DNA from: Octopus sinensis
Lineage: Eukaryota
Length of the DNA: 64,000 nucleotides
Assembly: GCF_006345805.1 (NCBI RefSeq)
Contig: NW_021832392.1
Location: forward strand, 1-64,000
Direction: 5' to 3'
Position numbers and translations under genes: made by a program. Positions within the stretch are counted from its first letter, which is position 1. Every line of letters starts with the position of its first letter. Shown here in pieces: positions 26,168-40,166 of the stretch. Below the pieces are notes generated by a model, which was not told the origin of the DNA, did no database searches, and worked only from the letters and a program-made list of their open reading frames with translations.

Positions 26168-27169
26168 CAAATCGTCAATGAAGAAGCAGACCGAACTGAA
26201 CTCCAGTCTGATCTATATGCTGTGAGTCAATGGGCAGACAGAAACAAAATGCAACTGAACGAGGGAAAATTTGAGCTGATGCATTTTGGAAGAAACTCCT
26301 CACTAAAACAGCCATACTCTCTTCCTTCAGGGGAACCGCTCACAGCCTCTGACAATATCAGAGACCTGGGTGTAATTGTTGATGACGATCTCAGTTGGAG
26401 TGCACACATCAACAAGAAGGTCGATATAGCTCGTAGGATGAGTTCCTGGATCTTAAGAACTTTCCGGTCCAGAGAACAAGGTGTCATCATATCACTTTTT
26501 TCCTCCTTTGTACGGCCACACCTTGAATACTGCTGCCCACTGTGGTCTCCTCACACAAGACAAAACATCTCCAGAATTGAGTCACCCCAGAGGGCACTCA
26601 CTAAACGCATTGAAGGCATGGCTGCTCTCGATTATTGGGATCGCCTTAAAGCCTTGAAACTTTACTCCCTCCAGCGTCGCCGTGAGCGGTACATCATTTG
26701 TACGATGTGGAAAATATACCGTCAACTTTGCCCAAACGACCTAAACATTAGCTTCAAGTTCATCCAAGACTTGGACCACGGGCTATACGTCCCCTGCCCA
26801 ATTCAAGATCACAACATACATGTACACTGCAGCACAATTTCTTTTCCTCAACAGGCCCTGCCCTATTTAACATTGTCCCGAGAGAGATCAAAGAGGAAAA
26901 GGATCCCATCAACTTTAAACAGAGTCTGGATAGATTCCTTCAAAGAATACCAGATAAGCCACCCATAATTGGATATAACTCACCCAACAAGAACTCACTA
27001 CTTGAACAAAACTGGATACAACTCACCCAACAAGAACTCACTACTTGAACAAAACTTGACTTAAACAAAACTTGACTTAAACAGGATTCGAATAATCCTA
27101 TCAGGTGGTGCTATTAAGTTAGACATGGCCTGGACCAATCTTTGTTCGAAACATATCTAAGTTTATCTA

Positions 27170-27175
<6 letters not shown>
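26168..27175 (+). mobile_element. 5'-truncated LINE 3' fragment (same broad group as 4610-8190, different family), copy 1
   Basis: MQLNEGKF, RDLGV, RPHLEYC, SLQRRRERY, GPALFN and FKQSLDRFL motifs; frameshift near 26780; 43-bp internal duplication; (TATCTAAGTT) tail. Confidence 0.9.
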
Positions 27176-27257
<82 letters not shown>

Positions 27258-27343
27258 CATATACAACATGAGAAAATGGAGAAATACATCTAAATCATTA
27301 ATCAATTATCAGATAATACTTTATTAAACCCTGTCTCAATTTG

Positions 27344-27386
<43 letters not shown>

Positions 27387-27679
27387 CAGTTACGCAATGG
27401 CGTCGATATAATCGCCTTAATCCGTATGTCTGTCTTTGTTTGTCCCCTCTGTGTTTAGCCTCTTATGGGTAGTAAAGAAATAGGTATTTCGGCTGCCGCT
27501 ACGCTCTGAGTTCAAATTCCGCCGAGGTCGACTTTGGCTGCCATTTCTAGCATATGGATATCCTTCTTGAAGGCCTGATCGATTTGCTTGACTAAATGCG
27601 GTGCTCCAGCATGGCCACAATTAAATGACTGAAACAAGTAAAATAAAAGAACATATATATATATATATATATGTTTTGA

Positions 27680-28760
27680 TTTTCCTTGTTTCAGTCATTT
27701 GACTGTGGCCATGCTGGAGCACCGCATTTAGTCGAGCAAATCAATCCCAAGACATTATCTTTAAGCCTAGCCGTTCTTGTCAAGCGATGTTGGAGGGTGA
27801 GGGGAAACAGACACACACACTCACACACACATATATGTATACATTTATATACGATGGGCTTCTTTCAGTTTCCATCTACCAAATCTATTCATACATACAC
27901 ACACACAAACACAGACACACATGTGTGTTTTCATTTCTGTGTCTGCGTGCGCGCGAGTTTCCAGTTCATTGTTTGTGCGTGTGTGTGTGTGTGTGCGCGC
28001 GCGCTAGTGTATGCGTGTGGGCGTGTGTGTGTGGGTGTGTAACTGTGTATTTTCATTTGTGTGTGTGTGTGTTTGTCCGTATGTGTGTGTGCGTGTGTGA
28101 GTGTGAGTGTGTCTGAGTATTTTCATTTCTGTGTGTGTTTATGACTGGTTTTAATTATGTGTGCGTGTGTATTTTCGTTTCTGTGTGTGAGTGTTTCAGT
28201 GTGTAACTGTGCATTTTCAATTTTGTGTGTGTATGCTTGTGGGCGTTTGTGTGTGTGTCGTTACGCACGCACTGGTGTCGAAAGGCACAAACGCACACAT
28301 ACACACACACAATTGAAAATACAGTCACACACGTACACACCTTTTCCCTGAGTTGCTTAGCAACGGGTTATAATAGAGAAGAATAGTTTTATATTGAGAG
28401 AGAGAGAGAAACTTATATGTTGTATAGTGAGTTAAATACAGACAGACAGACAGACAGAGAGAGGTAGACAGAGAGAGAGGGGTAGACAGAGAGAGAGAAG
28501 AAGGCCTTAAGTACTGATGAAATTAAATGGCGTGAGTGGGGTGGGTCAGCAAAAGATACAGAAAATTCAGGTATCCTGTCAACAGAAACTTTGCATTTCC
28601 AATTCTGTCTCAGATACAATCTAACTTTACAATGGCAAACGAAATGAAATGTATATTTCAAGTCAGCGATAATCGGAAGATTTTAAAAATACACGCAGAC
28701 AAACACACACACACACACGCACACACACACACACGCACACACACACACACGCACACACAC

Positions 28761-28800
<40 letters not shown>

Positions 28801-29214
28801 TTGAAAATACAGTCACACACGCACACACCTTTTCCCTGAGTTGCTTAGCAACGGGTAATAATAGAGAAAAATAGTTTTATATTGAGAGAGAGAGAAACTC
28901 ATATGTTAGATAGTGAGTTAAATACAGACAGAGAGAGAGCGTAAAAGACAGAGAGAGAGAGACAGACAGAGAGAAGATCTTAAGTAACTTTCTGATGAAA
29001 TTAAATGGAGTCGTTCAGTTTGTCTGCAAAAGATACAATCGAACGCTACAGTAGCTAAACCTCTTTCGCTTCATTTTTCGGTTACAAAACCAAATGTCTA
29101 TTTCATATGTCACCAAAAATCGGAAGATTTTAAAGATACACGCAGACAAACACACACACAGACACACACACGCACGCGCACGCGCACACGCACACGCACA
29201 CACACACACACACA

Positions 29215-29245
<31 letters not shown>

Positions 29246-29370
29246 GTATATATATTTCAAAATAGAAAATTACCCTTTAACATGCAATTTTAACATGCTA
29301 GAAATAGCAGCAAAGATTGCTACGATCCATTATTTTCTGGCAAATTTTGAAGTCCATGAAAAATAAAGAC
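27680..29370. repeat. SINE tail plus composite block X, copy 4
   Basis: Diagnostic strings as in copy 1. Confidence 0.88.
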
Positions 29371-29456
29371 CTTTATCTTTTTATATATGTATATATATAT
29401 ACATCTACATATATATATATACACACACACACATATGTATAGATATATAGATATAT

Positions 29457-29510
<54 letters not shown>

Positions 29511-29551
29511 TATATATATAATATACATAAATATATAAATATATATATAAA

Positions 29552-29553
29552 TA

Positions 29554-29603
<50 letters not shown>

Positions 29604-29604
29604 T

Positions 29605-29656
<52 letters not shown>

Positions 29657-29668
29657 GAGGGAGAGAGA

Positions 29669-29742
<74 letters not shown>

Positions 29743-29836
29743 GAGAGAGAGAGAGAGGGAGAGAGAGAGAGAGAGATAGAGTGAGAGAGAGAGATAGAGT
29801 GAGAGAGAGAGAGAGATAGAGTGAGAGAGAGAGAGA

Positions 29837-29888
<52 letters not shown>

Positions 29889-29917
29889 GGAGAGAGAGAT
29901 AGAGAGAGAGAGAGAGA
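29552..29917 (+). repeat. (GA)n microsatellite, ~365 bp
   Basis: Direct reading of the sequence. Confidence 0.97.
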
Positions 29918-29958
29918 CTTATTTTATCGAACTTTCGTTAGCTTTGGCTGCCATTTCT

Positions 29959-30950
29959 CAAATCGTCAATGAAGAAGCAGACCGAACTGAACTCCAGTCT
30001 GATCTATATGCTGTGAGTCAATGGGCAGACAGAAACAAAATGCAACTGAACGAGGGAAAATTTGAGCTGATGCATTTTGGAAGAAACTCCTCACTAAAAC
30101 AGCCATACTCTCTTCCTTCAGGGGAACCGCTCACAGCCTCTGACAATATCAGAGACCTGGGTGTAATTGTTGATGACGATCTCAGTTGGAGTGCACACAT
30201 CAACAAGAAGGTCGATATAGCTCGTAGGATGAGTTCCTGGATCTTAAGAACTTTCCGGTCCAGAGAACAAGGTGTCATCATATCACTTTTTTCCTCCTTT
30301 GTACGGCCACACCTTGAATACTGCTGCCCACTGTGGTCTCCTCACACAAGACAAAACATCTCCAGAATTGAGTCACCCCAGAGGGCACTCACTAAACGCA
30401 TTGAAGGCATGGCTGCTCTCGATTATTGGGATCGCCTTAAAGCCTTGAAACTTTACTCCCTCCAGCGTCGCCGTGAGCGGTACATCATTTGTACGATGTG
30501 GAAAATATACCGTCAACTTTGCCCAAACGACCTAAACATTAGCTTCAAGTTCATCCAAGACTTGGACCACGGGCTATACGTCCCCTGCCCAATTCAAGAT
30601 CACAACATACATGTACACTGCAGCACAATTTCTTTTCCTCAACAGGCCCTGCCCTATTTAACATTGTCCCGAGAGAGATCAAAGAGGAAAAGGATCCCAT
30701 CAACTTTAAACAGAGTCTGGATAGATTCCTTCAAAGAATACCAGATAAGCCACCCATAATTGGATATAACTCACCCAACAAGAACTCACTACTTGAACAA
30801 AACTGGATACAACTCACCCAACAAGAACTCACTACTTGAACAAAACTTGACTTAAACAGGATTCGAATAATCCTATCAGGTGGTGCTATTAAGTTAGACA
30901 TGGCCTGGACCAATCTTTGTTCGAAACATATCTAAGTTTATCTAAGTTTA
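29959..30950 (+). mobile_element. LINE 3' fragment, copy 2
   Basis: Essentially identical to 26168-27175, with the same truncation point and frameshift. Confidence 0.9.
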
Positions 30951-30984
30951 TATATATATATATATTATATATATATATATATAT

Positions 30985-31026
<42 letters not shown>

Positions 31027-31113
31027 ATACATATACAACATGAGAAAATGGAGAAATACATCTAATCATTAATCATTATCAGATAATACTTTATTAAACC
31101 CTGTCTCAATTTG

Positions 31114-31156
<43 letters not shown>

Positions 31157-31449
31157 CAGTTACGCAATGGCGTCGATATAATCGCCTTAATCCGTATGTC
31201 TGTCTTTGTTTGTCCCCTCTGTGTTTAGCCTCTTATGGGTAGTAAAGAAATAGGTATTTCGGCTGCCGCTACGCTCTGAGTTCAAATTCCGCCGAGGTCG
31301 ACTTTGCCTGCTATTTCTAGCATATGGATATCCTTCTTGAAGGCCTGATCGATTTGCTTGACTAAATGCGGTGCTCCAGCATGGCCACAATTAAATGACT
31401 GAAACAAGTAAAATAAAAGAACATATATATATATATATATATGTTTTGA

Positions 31450-32197
31450 TTTTCCTTGTTTCAGTCATTTGACTGTGGCCATGCTGGAGCACCGCATTTA
31501 GTCGAGCAAATCAATCCCAAGACATTATCTTTAAGCCTAGCGGTTCTTGTCAAGCGATGTTGGAGGGTGAGGGGAAACAGACACACACACTCACACACAC
31601 ATATATGTATACATTTATATACGATGGGCTTCTTTCAGTTTCCATCTACCAAATCTATTCATACATACACACACACAAACACAGACACACATGTGTGTTT
31701 TCATTTCTGTGTCTGCGTGCGCGCGAATTTCCAGTTCATTGTTTGTGCGTGTGTGTGTGTGTGTGCGCGCGCGCTAGTGTATGCGTGTGGGCGTGTGTGT
31801 GTGGGTGTGTAACTGTGTATTTTCATTTGTGTGTGTGTGTGTTTGTCCGTATGTGTGTGTGCGTGTGTGAGTGTGAGTGTGTCTGAGTATTTTCATTTCT
31901 GTGTGTGTTTATGACTGGTTTTAATTATGTGTGCGTGTGTATTTTCGTTTCTGTGTGTGAGTGTTTCAGTGTGTAACTGTGCATTTTCAATTTTGTGCAT
32001 GAATGTGTGTGAGTGTTTGTGTGTGTGTCGTTACGCACGCACGCACTGGTGTCGAAAGGCACAAACGCACACATACACACACGCAATTGAAAATACAGTC
32101 ACACACGCACAGACACGCACACACACACACACACAACACACACACACACGCGCACACACACACACAAACACACACACACACACACACAAAAACACAC

Positions 32198-32235
<38 letters not shown>

Positions 32236-32350
32236 ACACATATATATACATTTCAAAATAGAAAATTGCCCATTAACAGGTAATTTTTACATGCTAGAAA
32301 TAGCAGCCAAACTTTGCCACGATCCTTCATTTTCTAGCAAATTTTCAAGT
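31450..32350. repeat. Composite block X, partial copy 5
   Basis: Matches 27680 onward at a 3770 bp offset but lacks the spacer subunits. Confidence 0.8.
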
Positions 32351-32542
32351 CCATGAAAAATAAAAACCTTTATCTAGTTAAATATCTTGTTAAATATATA
32401 CAACTACATATATATATATACACACACACACAATATATATATATATATATACATACTTATGGAGAAATACATCTAAATCAAATATCAATTATCAGATAAT
32501 ACTTTATTAAACCCTATATCAATTTGTATATATATATACATA

Positions 32543-32596
<54 letters not shown>

Positions 32597-32694
32597 GGGC
32601 AAAGGAAAATCCTTCATTTTCTAGCAAATTTTCAAGTCCATGAAAAATAAAAACCTTTATCTAGTTAAATATCTTGTTAAATATATACAACTAC

Positions 32695-32731
<37 letters not shown>

Positions 32732-32753
32732 AGTATATATATATATACATACT

Positions 32754-32791
<38 letters not shown>

Positions 32792-32880
32792 CAAGATGAG
32801 AAAATGGAGAAATACATCTAAATCAAATATCAATTATCAGATAATACTTTATTAAACCCTATATCAATTTGTATATATAT

Positions 32881-32925
<45 letters not shown>

Positions 32926-32928
<3 letters not shown>

Positions 32929-33105
32929 GGGCAAAGGAAAATGATTGCGTCTCTCATAGCCTCTCCTCTCCAGGTGTAATGATCGCTGCAGAACTTCTAC
33001 CTGGCTGCGCCTTGCGGAAAGTTCTTGCTTATGGCCTCTCCTGCACTACTGTGTCCACAGCAGCACCTTCACGCGGTACCCCCTGTTCTCACTGAGCCTG
33101 CTGTG
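32926..33105 (+). ncRNA. Putative HDV/CPEB3-like self-cleaving ribozyme at the RTE 5' end
   Basis: P1 GGGGGGC (32926-32)/ACCCCCU (33078-84); P2 CACAGCAG (33056-63)/CUGCUGUG (33098-105); P3 ACC/GGU around L3 UUCACGC; J4/2 C-U-G-A (33092-95). Folded by eye only. Confidence 0.7.
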
Positions 33106-33666
33106 TGGCGCGACCGGGTGCTTGGCGGTATAACCGGGTGGGCAGACTGGGCTCGTTAGCCTTGGTTGACAGCCAGTCTAGGAGAAGGAAAACTCTGACT
33201 CCAAACCCTCGCTCCGCTGCCTTGCGGATGCTCTTGGGAGAGGGAAAGGCTATGGGAGTAAACCCAGACAGAAAATCCGGAGTGGAGCCCTGAAGGCGGT
33301 AGGGTGTCGAATCTCGACCCTTTTCCGGCAACTCCTGCAGCCAACCAGACTCCAAACGTACTGCACTGCATTCCTTTGGATTATGTCTGGGGGCCCGAGA
33401 GGGAGATTCTGGTGTCTGGGCAGCCCAGTGTCTTCGTTCCTACCGCCCAGGCTTGCGCCATGGAGAAACTACTCCATCGATGGAACAAGCTGAGATGGCA
33501 GTTACGAGTTTTAAGCCAGGGTGAATTGGCGTAATCCCGGGCGCTACGGGTCTCTAACGGTGGGAGGGATCATTGAAGTCCCACTGGTCAGCTACCGCCC
33601 GCCGTAAGCTGGGCAGCCCCCGGCCAATAATGGTGCTAAGCCGCCACAGACTGCCCGCTTCAATGG

Positions 33667-36600
33667 GTGCTTGGAGCTAGGACAAAATCTGAAAAGCAGA
33701 CTGAAAACCCTGCACCAGCAAACAAAGGAAAAACAAATACCCAGTCTCCAGTCTTGCGACTGGCCACCTGGAATGTCAGGACCATGTGCCCTGGCATCAT
33801 TGACGATCTACGACAGATGAACGACAGTAGGAAGACAGCAGTCATCAACACCGAATTGAAAAGGCTGAACATCGACATAGCGGCGCTGCAAGAGACCAGG
33901 CTCGCCGCAGACGGCATGCTACGGGAGAAGGACTACACCTTCTACTGGCAGGGGAGACCCGTCGAGGAGGCCCGCCAGCATGGCGTGGGGTTTGCCGTGA
34001 GGAACAGCTTGCTCCCCATGGCGATCCCTCCTTCAAATGGCTCAGAGCGCATCCTCACTCTTGGCCTTGCAACATCAACGGGGAAGGTAAACATAATTAG
34101 TGCTTATGCCCCAACACTCCACTCTCCTCAGAAAATAAAAGACCGGGTCTATGAGGAGCTCGGCGCCACCATCAGCCAGATACCAGGGTCGGAGCCCATC
34201 TTCCTTCTGGGCGACTTCAACGCAAGGGTGGGATGATTCGATCATGGGGCATGGCCAGACTGCCTTGGACGCTTTGGCGTGGGGAAGATGAATGAGAATG
34301 GCCAGAGACTGTTGGAGCTTTGCTCTTACCGGAAACTCTGCGTTACCAACACATTCTTCACGACTAAGCCACAACACCGGGTCTCATGGAGGCACCCAAG
34401 GTCCGGACACTGGCACCAACTGGACATGGTCATCACCCGGCGAGCCCACCTCGGCAGTGTGCTTCTCACACGCAGCTACCATGGTGCTGACTGTGATACA
34501 GACCACTCTCTGGTGTGCAGTAGGGTCCGATTGGCCCCAAAGAAAATCCGCCGTCCCGTAGGGAAAAGCCGCCCACGCATCAACACCGCCAGGACAACCA
34601 ACCCCGACCTCCGCTCGGAATTCACCAACCGCATGGAGGAGGCCCTTAAAGATCACGCAGCCACGTCCATCGAGGAGAGATGGCAGCTTATTCGCGACAC
34701 CACTTGCAGAATAGTCATGTCATCCCTAGGAAAGAGGGAGCGGAGAAATCAAGACTGGTTTGAGGCTCACCTGCCTGAGATGGAGCCTGTCATTGCTGCC
34801 AAGAGGGAAGCACTGGTCAACTATAAGCGCGACCCATCAGAAAAGAACCTGGCTACTCTAAGAACAGCCAGAAGTGACGCCCAGAGGACGGCCAGACGTT
34901 GCGCCAACATCTACTGGCAGAACCTATGCCAGAACATCCAGTGCTGTGCTGACAGTGGTAACGTGAAAGGGATGTACGAGGGGATGAAGAAAGCATTCAG
35001 GCCCACTGTCAGCAAGGTTGCTTTACTGAAGGACCAAGCGAAGCAGATAGAGAGGTGGGTCGAGCATTACCAGAACCTCTACTCCACTGAGAATGTGGTC
35101 ACCAGGTCTGCCCTCGCCGGCATTCCTGCTCTGCCTGTCATGGAGGAGCTTGACCTGCCTCCAACAAAGGAAGAACTGAGCAAAGCAATTGACTCACTCG
35201 CTCGGGGCAAGGCACCAGGGCAAGACGGCATCCCCGCAGAAGTCATCCAGTGCGGGAAGCCAGCCCTTCTGGGCCATCTCCACGAGCTGCTCTGTCAGTG
35301 CTGGGCGGAGGGCTCTGTCCCTAAGGATATGCGTGACGCAAACATCATCACACTGTATAAAAACAAAGGGGACAGAAGCGACTGTAATAATTACAAGGGC
35401 ATATCCCTGCTCAGCACTGTCGGTAAGGCATTTGCCAGGGTGGTCCTGAAGAGGTTGCAAATGCTTGCAGAGCGTGTGTACCCCGAGTCTCAGTCTGGCT
35501 TTAGGGCAGAGAGGTCTACAATCGACATGATCTTCTCACTCAGGCAGCTTCAAGAAAAGAGTCGAGAACAGAGACAGCCCCTATACGTGGCCTTCATCGA
35601 CCTGGCTAAGGCGTTCGACTCAGTCAGCAGGGAGGGGCTGTTTGCGCTCCTGGGTAGGATATGTTGCCCTCCCAGACTGCTGAAACTCATCACCTCCTTT
35701 CACGATACGGTATGCAGGGAACAGTGCAGTTTGACGGATTGCCCTCGGAGTCGTTCGCCATCCAGAGTGGAGTGAAACAGGGTTGCCTTCTGGCGCCGAC
35801 GCTCTTCGGAATTTTCTTCTCCCTTGTCCTGTCCTATGCCTTCAGAACGTCCGACGACGGAGTGTTCCTCCACACCAGGGCTGATGGTGGGTTGTTCAAT
35901 CTTGCGCGCCTCAGAGCTAAGACCAAAGTCCGTCAGGTGCTGATCAGAGAGATCCTCTTTGCTGACGATGCCGCCCTAACATCACACAACCAGCCGGGTC
36001 TCCAGAGGCTGTTCAGCTCCCTGGCGGATGCCTGCCAAGAGTTCGGCCTTACCATCGGCCTGAAAAAGACAGAGATCATGGGCCAGGACGTCGGAGGGGT
36101 CCCCAGCATCAGTGTCGGCGACCACAGCTTGCAGGTGGTGAACGAGTTCACTTACCTGGGATCGACGGTCTCCAGCAGCCTGTCCCTCGAGCCGGAGCTG
36201 AACAGACGGATTGGGAGGGCTGCTGCTGCTGCCATGGCTAAGCTCTCCAGGAGAGTGTGGGAAAACAACATGCTCACAATAACCACCAAGATCGCAGTGT
36301 ACCGAGCCTGCGTGCTGAGCACCCTACTCTACGGCAGCGAGAGCTGGACAACATACACCCGGCAGGAATGCCGCCTCAGCGGCTTCCACATGCGGTGTCT
36401 TCGACGGATCCTTGGCATCTCCTGGAAGGACCGAGTACCAAACGGAGTCATCCTGGAACAGACTAATATGCCAAGCATGCATGCCCTCCTCGTGCGGAGA
36501 CGACTGCGCTGGCTCGGACACGTCTGCCGCATGCAGGACGGTCGCATGCCTAAAGACATCCTGTACAGCAAACTCACCACGGGATCCCGACCCAAGGGAC

Positions 36601-36893
36601 GTCCACAGCTACGATACAGGGATGTGTGCAAGCGCGACCTGAGGACTGCCAACATCTGTGTGGACACGTGGGAGGTAACAGCTGCTGACCGCTCTGCCTG
36701 GCATCGGACAGTGAGGAAAGGCGTTTCCATGGCTGAGGAAAGGAGAGCACAGCCGTGGTCGGACAGGCGGAGGACAACTGCAGCAACACCCCACACGTAC
36801 CCATCGATGTTCGTGTGCAGCAACTGTACCAGGGACTGCCACTCTAGAATTGGACTGTTCAGTCACAGCAGACGCAGCACATCATCAAAGTAG
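33667..36893 (+). pseudogene. RTE ORF (AP endonuclease, reverse transcriptase, C-terminal Cys/His motif); two visible lesions
   Basis: LATWNVRTM, ALQETR, LGDFNARVG, DCDTDH; QSGFR, FIDLAKAFDSV, GVKQGC, LFADD; CSNCTRDCHSRIGLFSH. TGA at 34234-36 and a +2 frameshift at ~35707. Confidence 0.93.
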
Positions 36894-37079
36894 GCCCCAC
36901 ACTTGGCGCAACCCATTGTCTATCAAGACAGACGGGGAGAAGAGAAGAGATATATATACATACATATACAACATGAGAAAATGGAGAAATACTTTATTAC
37001 ACCCTATATCAATTTGTATATATATACATATTATATATATATATATTATAATTTATTTATATATATATATATATTATAT

Positions 37080-37110
<31 letters not shown>

Positions 37111-37180
37111 TTATTTATAATATATATATATATATATATATATTATTTATATATTATATATATATATATATTTATTTATA

Positions 37181-37242
<62 letters not shown>

Positions 37243-37529
37243 CAGTTACGCAATGGGGTCGATATAATCGCCTTAATCCGTATGTCTGTCTTTGTTTGTC
37301 CCCTCTGTTTTTAGCCTCTTGTGGGTAGTAAAGAAATAGCTATTTCATCTGCCGCTACGCTCTGAGTTCAAATTCCGCCGAGGTCGACTTTGCCTGCTAT
37401 TTCTAGCATATGGACAGCCTTCTTGAAGGCCTGATCGATTTGCTTGACTAAATGCGGTGCTCCAGCATGGCCACAGTCAAATGACTGAAACAAGTAAAAT
37501 AAAAGAACATATATATATATATATGTTTT

Positions 37530-38634
37530 GATTTTCCTTGTTTCAGTCATTTGACTGTGGCCATGCTGGAGCACCGCATTTAGTCGAGCAAATCAATCCC
37601 AAGACATTATTTTTAACCCTAGCGGTTCTTGTCAAGCGATGTTGGAGGGGGGAGGGGGGTAAACAGACACACACACTCACACACACATATATGTATACAT
37701 TTATATACGATGGGCTTCTTTCAGTTTCCATCAACTAAATCTATTCATACATACACACACACAAACACACACACATATGTGTGTTTTCATTTCTGTGTCT
37801 GCGTGCGCGCGTGTTTCCAGTTCATTACTTGTACGTGTGTGTGTGTGTGTGTGTGTGTGTGTTGTGTGTGTGCGCGCGCTAGTGTATGCGTGTGAGCGTG
37901 TGTGTGTGAGTGTGTAACTGTGTATTTTCCTTTTTTTTGTGTGTGTGTGTGGTGTTTGTCCGTATGCATGTGTGCATGTGTGAGTGTGAGTGTGTGTGAG
38001 TATTTTCATTTCAGTGTGTATGTGTGACTGTTTTTATTTATGTGTGCGTGTGTATTTTCGTTTCTGTGTGTGAGTGTTTGAGTGTGTAACTGTGCATTTT
38101 CAATTTTGTGTGTGTATGCTTGTGGGCGTTTGTGTGTGTGTCGTTACGCACGCACTGGTGTCGAAAGGCACAAACGCACACATACACACACACAATTGAA
38201 AATACAGTCACACACGCACACACCTTTTCCCTGAGTTGCTTAGCAACGGGTAATAATAGAGAAGAATAGTTTTATATTGAGAGAGAGAGAGAAACTTATA
38301 TGTTGTATAGTGAGTTAAATACAGACAGACAGACAGACAGAGAGAGGTAGACAGAGAGAGAGGGGTAGACAGAGAGAGAGAAGAAGGCCTTAAGTACTGA
38401 TGAAATTAAATGGCGTGAGTGGGGTGGGTCAGCAAAAGATACAGAAAATTCAGGTATCCTGTCAACAGAAACTTTGCATTTCCAATTCTGTCTCAGATAC
38501 AATCTAACTTTACAATGGCAAACGAAATGAAATGTATATTTCAAGTCAGCGATAATCGGAAGATTTTAAAAATACACGCAGACAAACACACACACACACA
38601 CACACACGCACACACACACACACACACGCACACA

Positions 38635-38667
<33 letters not shown>

Positions 38668-39060
38668 TTGAAAATACAGTCACACACGCACACACCTTTT
38701 CCCTGAGTTGCTTAGCAACGGGTAATAATAGAGAAAAATAGTTTTATATTGAGAGAGAGAGAAACTTATGTTAGATAGTGAGTTAAATACAGACAGAGAG
38801 AGAGTTTAAAAGACAGAGAGAGAGAGAGAGAGAGAGACATACATATGTACATAGATACATATATATATATATATATTTATATATATAGATATATAGATAT
38901 ATAGATATATTTATATATATTTAAATATATATATATATATATATGTATGTATATTTCAAAATAGAAAATTACCCTTTAACAGGCAATTTTTACATGCTAG
39001 AAATAGCAGCAAAGATTGCTACGATCCATTATTTTCTGGCAAATTTTGAAGTACATGAAA
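37530..39060. repeat. SINE tail plus composite block X, copy 6 (lacks the second spacer subunit)
   Basis: Shares diagnostic variants with copy 1 (tcaac, ttacttgtacgtg). Confidence 0.85.
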
Positions 39061-39147
39061 AATAAAGACCTTTATTTTTTTATATATGTATATATATATA
39101 CATCTACATATATATATATACACACACACACATATGTATAGATATAT

Positions 39148-39215
<68 letters not shown>

Positions 39216-39292
39216 CATAATATATAAATATATATATATAAATATAATATATATATATAATATATATATATATATAAATACATAATATATAA

Positions 39293-39325
<33 letters not shown>

Positions 39326-39348
39326 ATATATAATATACATAAATTATA

Positions 39349-39401
<53 letters not shown>

Positions 39402-39414
39402 CATAAATATATAA

Positions 39415-39466
<52 letters not shown>

Positions 39467-39486
39467 CATAAATATATAATATATAT

Positions 39487-39534
<48 letters not shown>

Positions 39535-39542
39535 TATATATA

Positions 39543-39822
39543 GGCGCAGGAGTGGCTGTGTGGTAAGTAGCTTGTCTACCAACCACATGGTTGCGGGTTC
39601 AGTCCCACTGAGTGTGTATTTGTGTGTCTGTGTTTGTCCCCTAGCATTGCTTGACAACCGATGCTGGTGTGCTTATGTCCCCGATCGGCAAGAGAGACCG
39701 ATAGAATAAGTACTGGGATTGCAAAAGAATAAGTCCCGGGGTCGAGTTGTTCGACTAATGGCGGTGCTCCAGCATGGCCGCAGTCAAATGACTGAAACAA
39801 GTAAAAGAAAAGAATAAAAGAA
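39543..39822 (+). mobile_element. SINE family A, internally deleted
   Basis: Near-identical to 2649-2930. Confidence 0.85.
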
Positions 39823-40114
39823 TATATATATGTACCAGTTTCGCACTAGGGTCGATGTAATCGACTTAATCCCTTTGTCTGTCCTTGTTTGTCCCCTCTA
39901 TGTTTAGCCCCTTGTGGGTAGTAAATATATAGATATATAGATATTTCAAAATAGAAAATTACGCTTTAACAGGTAATCTCTACATGCTAGAAGTAGCAAC
40001 AAAATCTTGGCACGATCCATTATTTTCTGGCAAATTTTGAAGTCCATGAAAAATAAAAATCTTTATCTTGTTTTATATATATATATATATATATATACAT
40101 CTACATATATATAT

Positions 40115-40164
<50 letters not shown>

Positions 40165-40166
<2 letters not shown>

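Larger units (their letters stand above)
32926..36950 (+). mobile_element. Full-length RTE-clade LINE inserted in (TA)n
   Basis: ~740 nt 5' leader, APE+RT ORF, 3' hairpin tgtct-atca-agaca (36917-36930) and (GAGAA)n tail. Confidence 0.95.
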
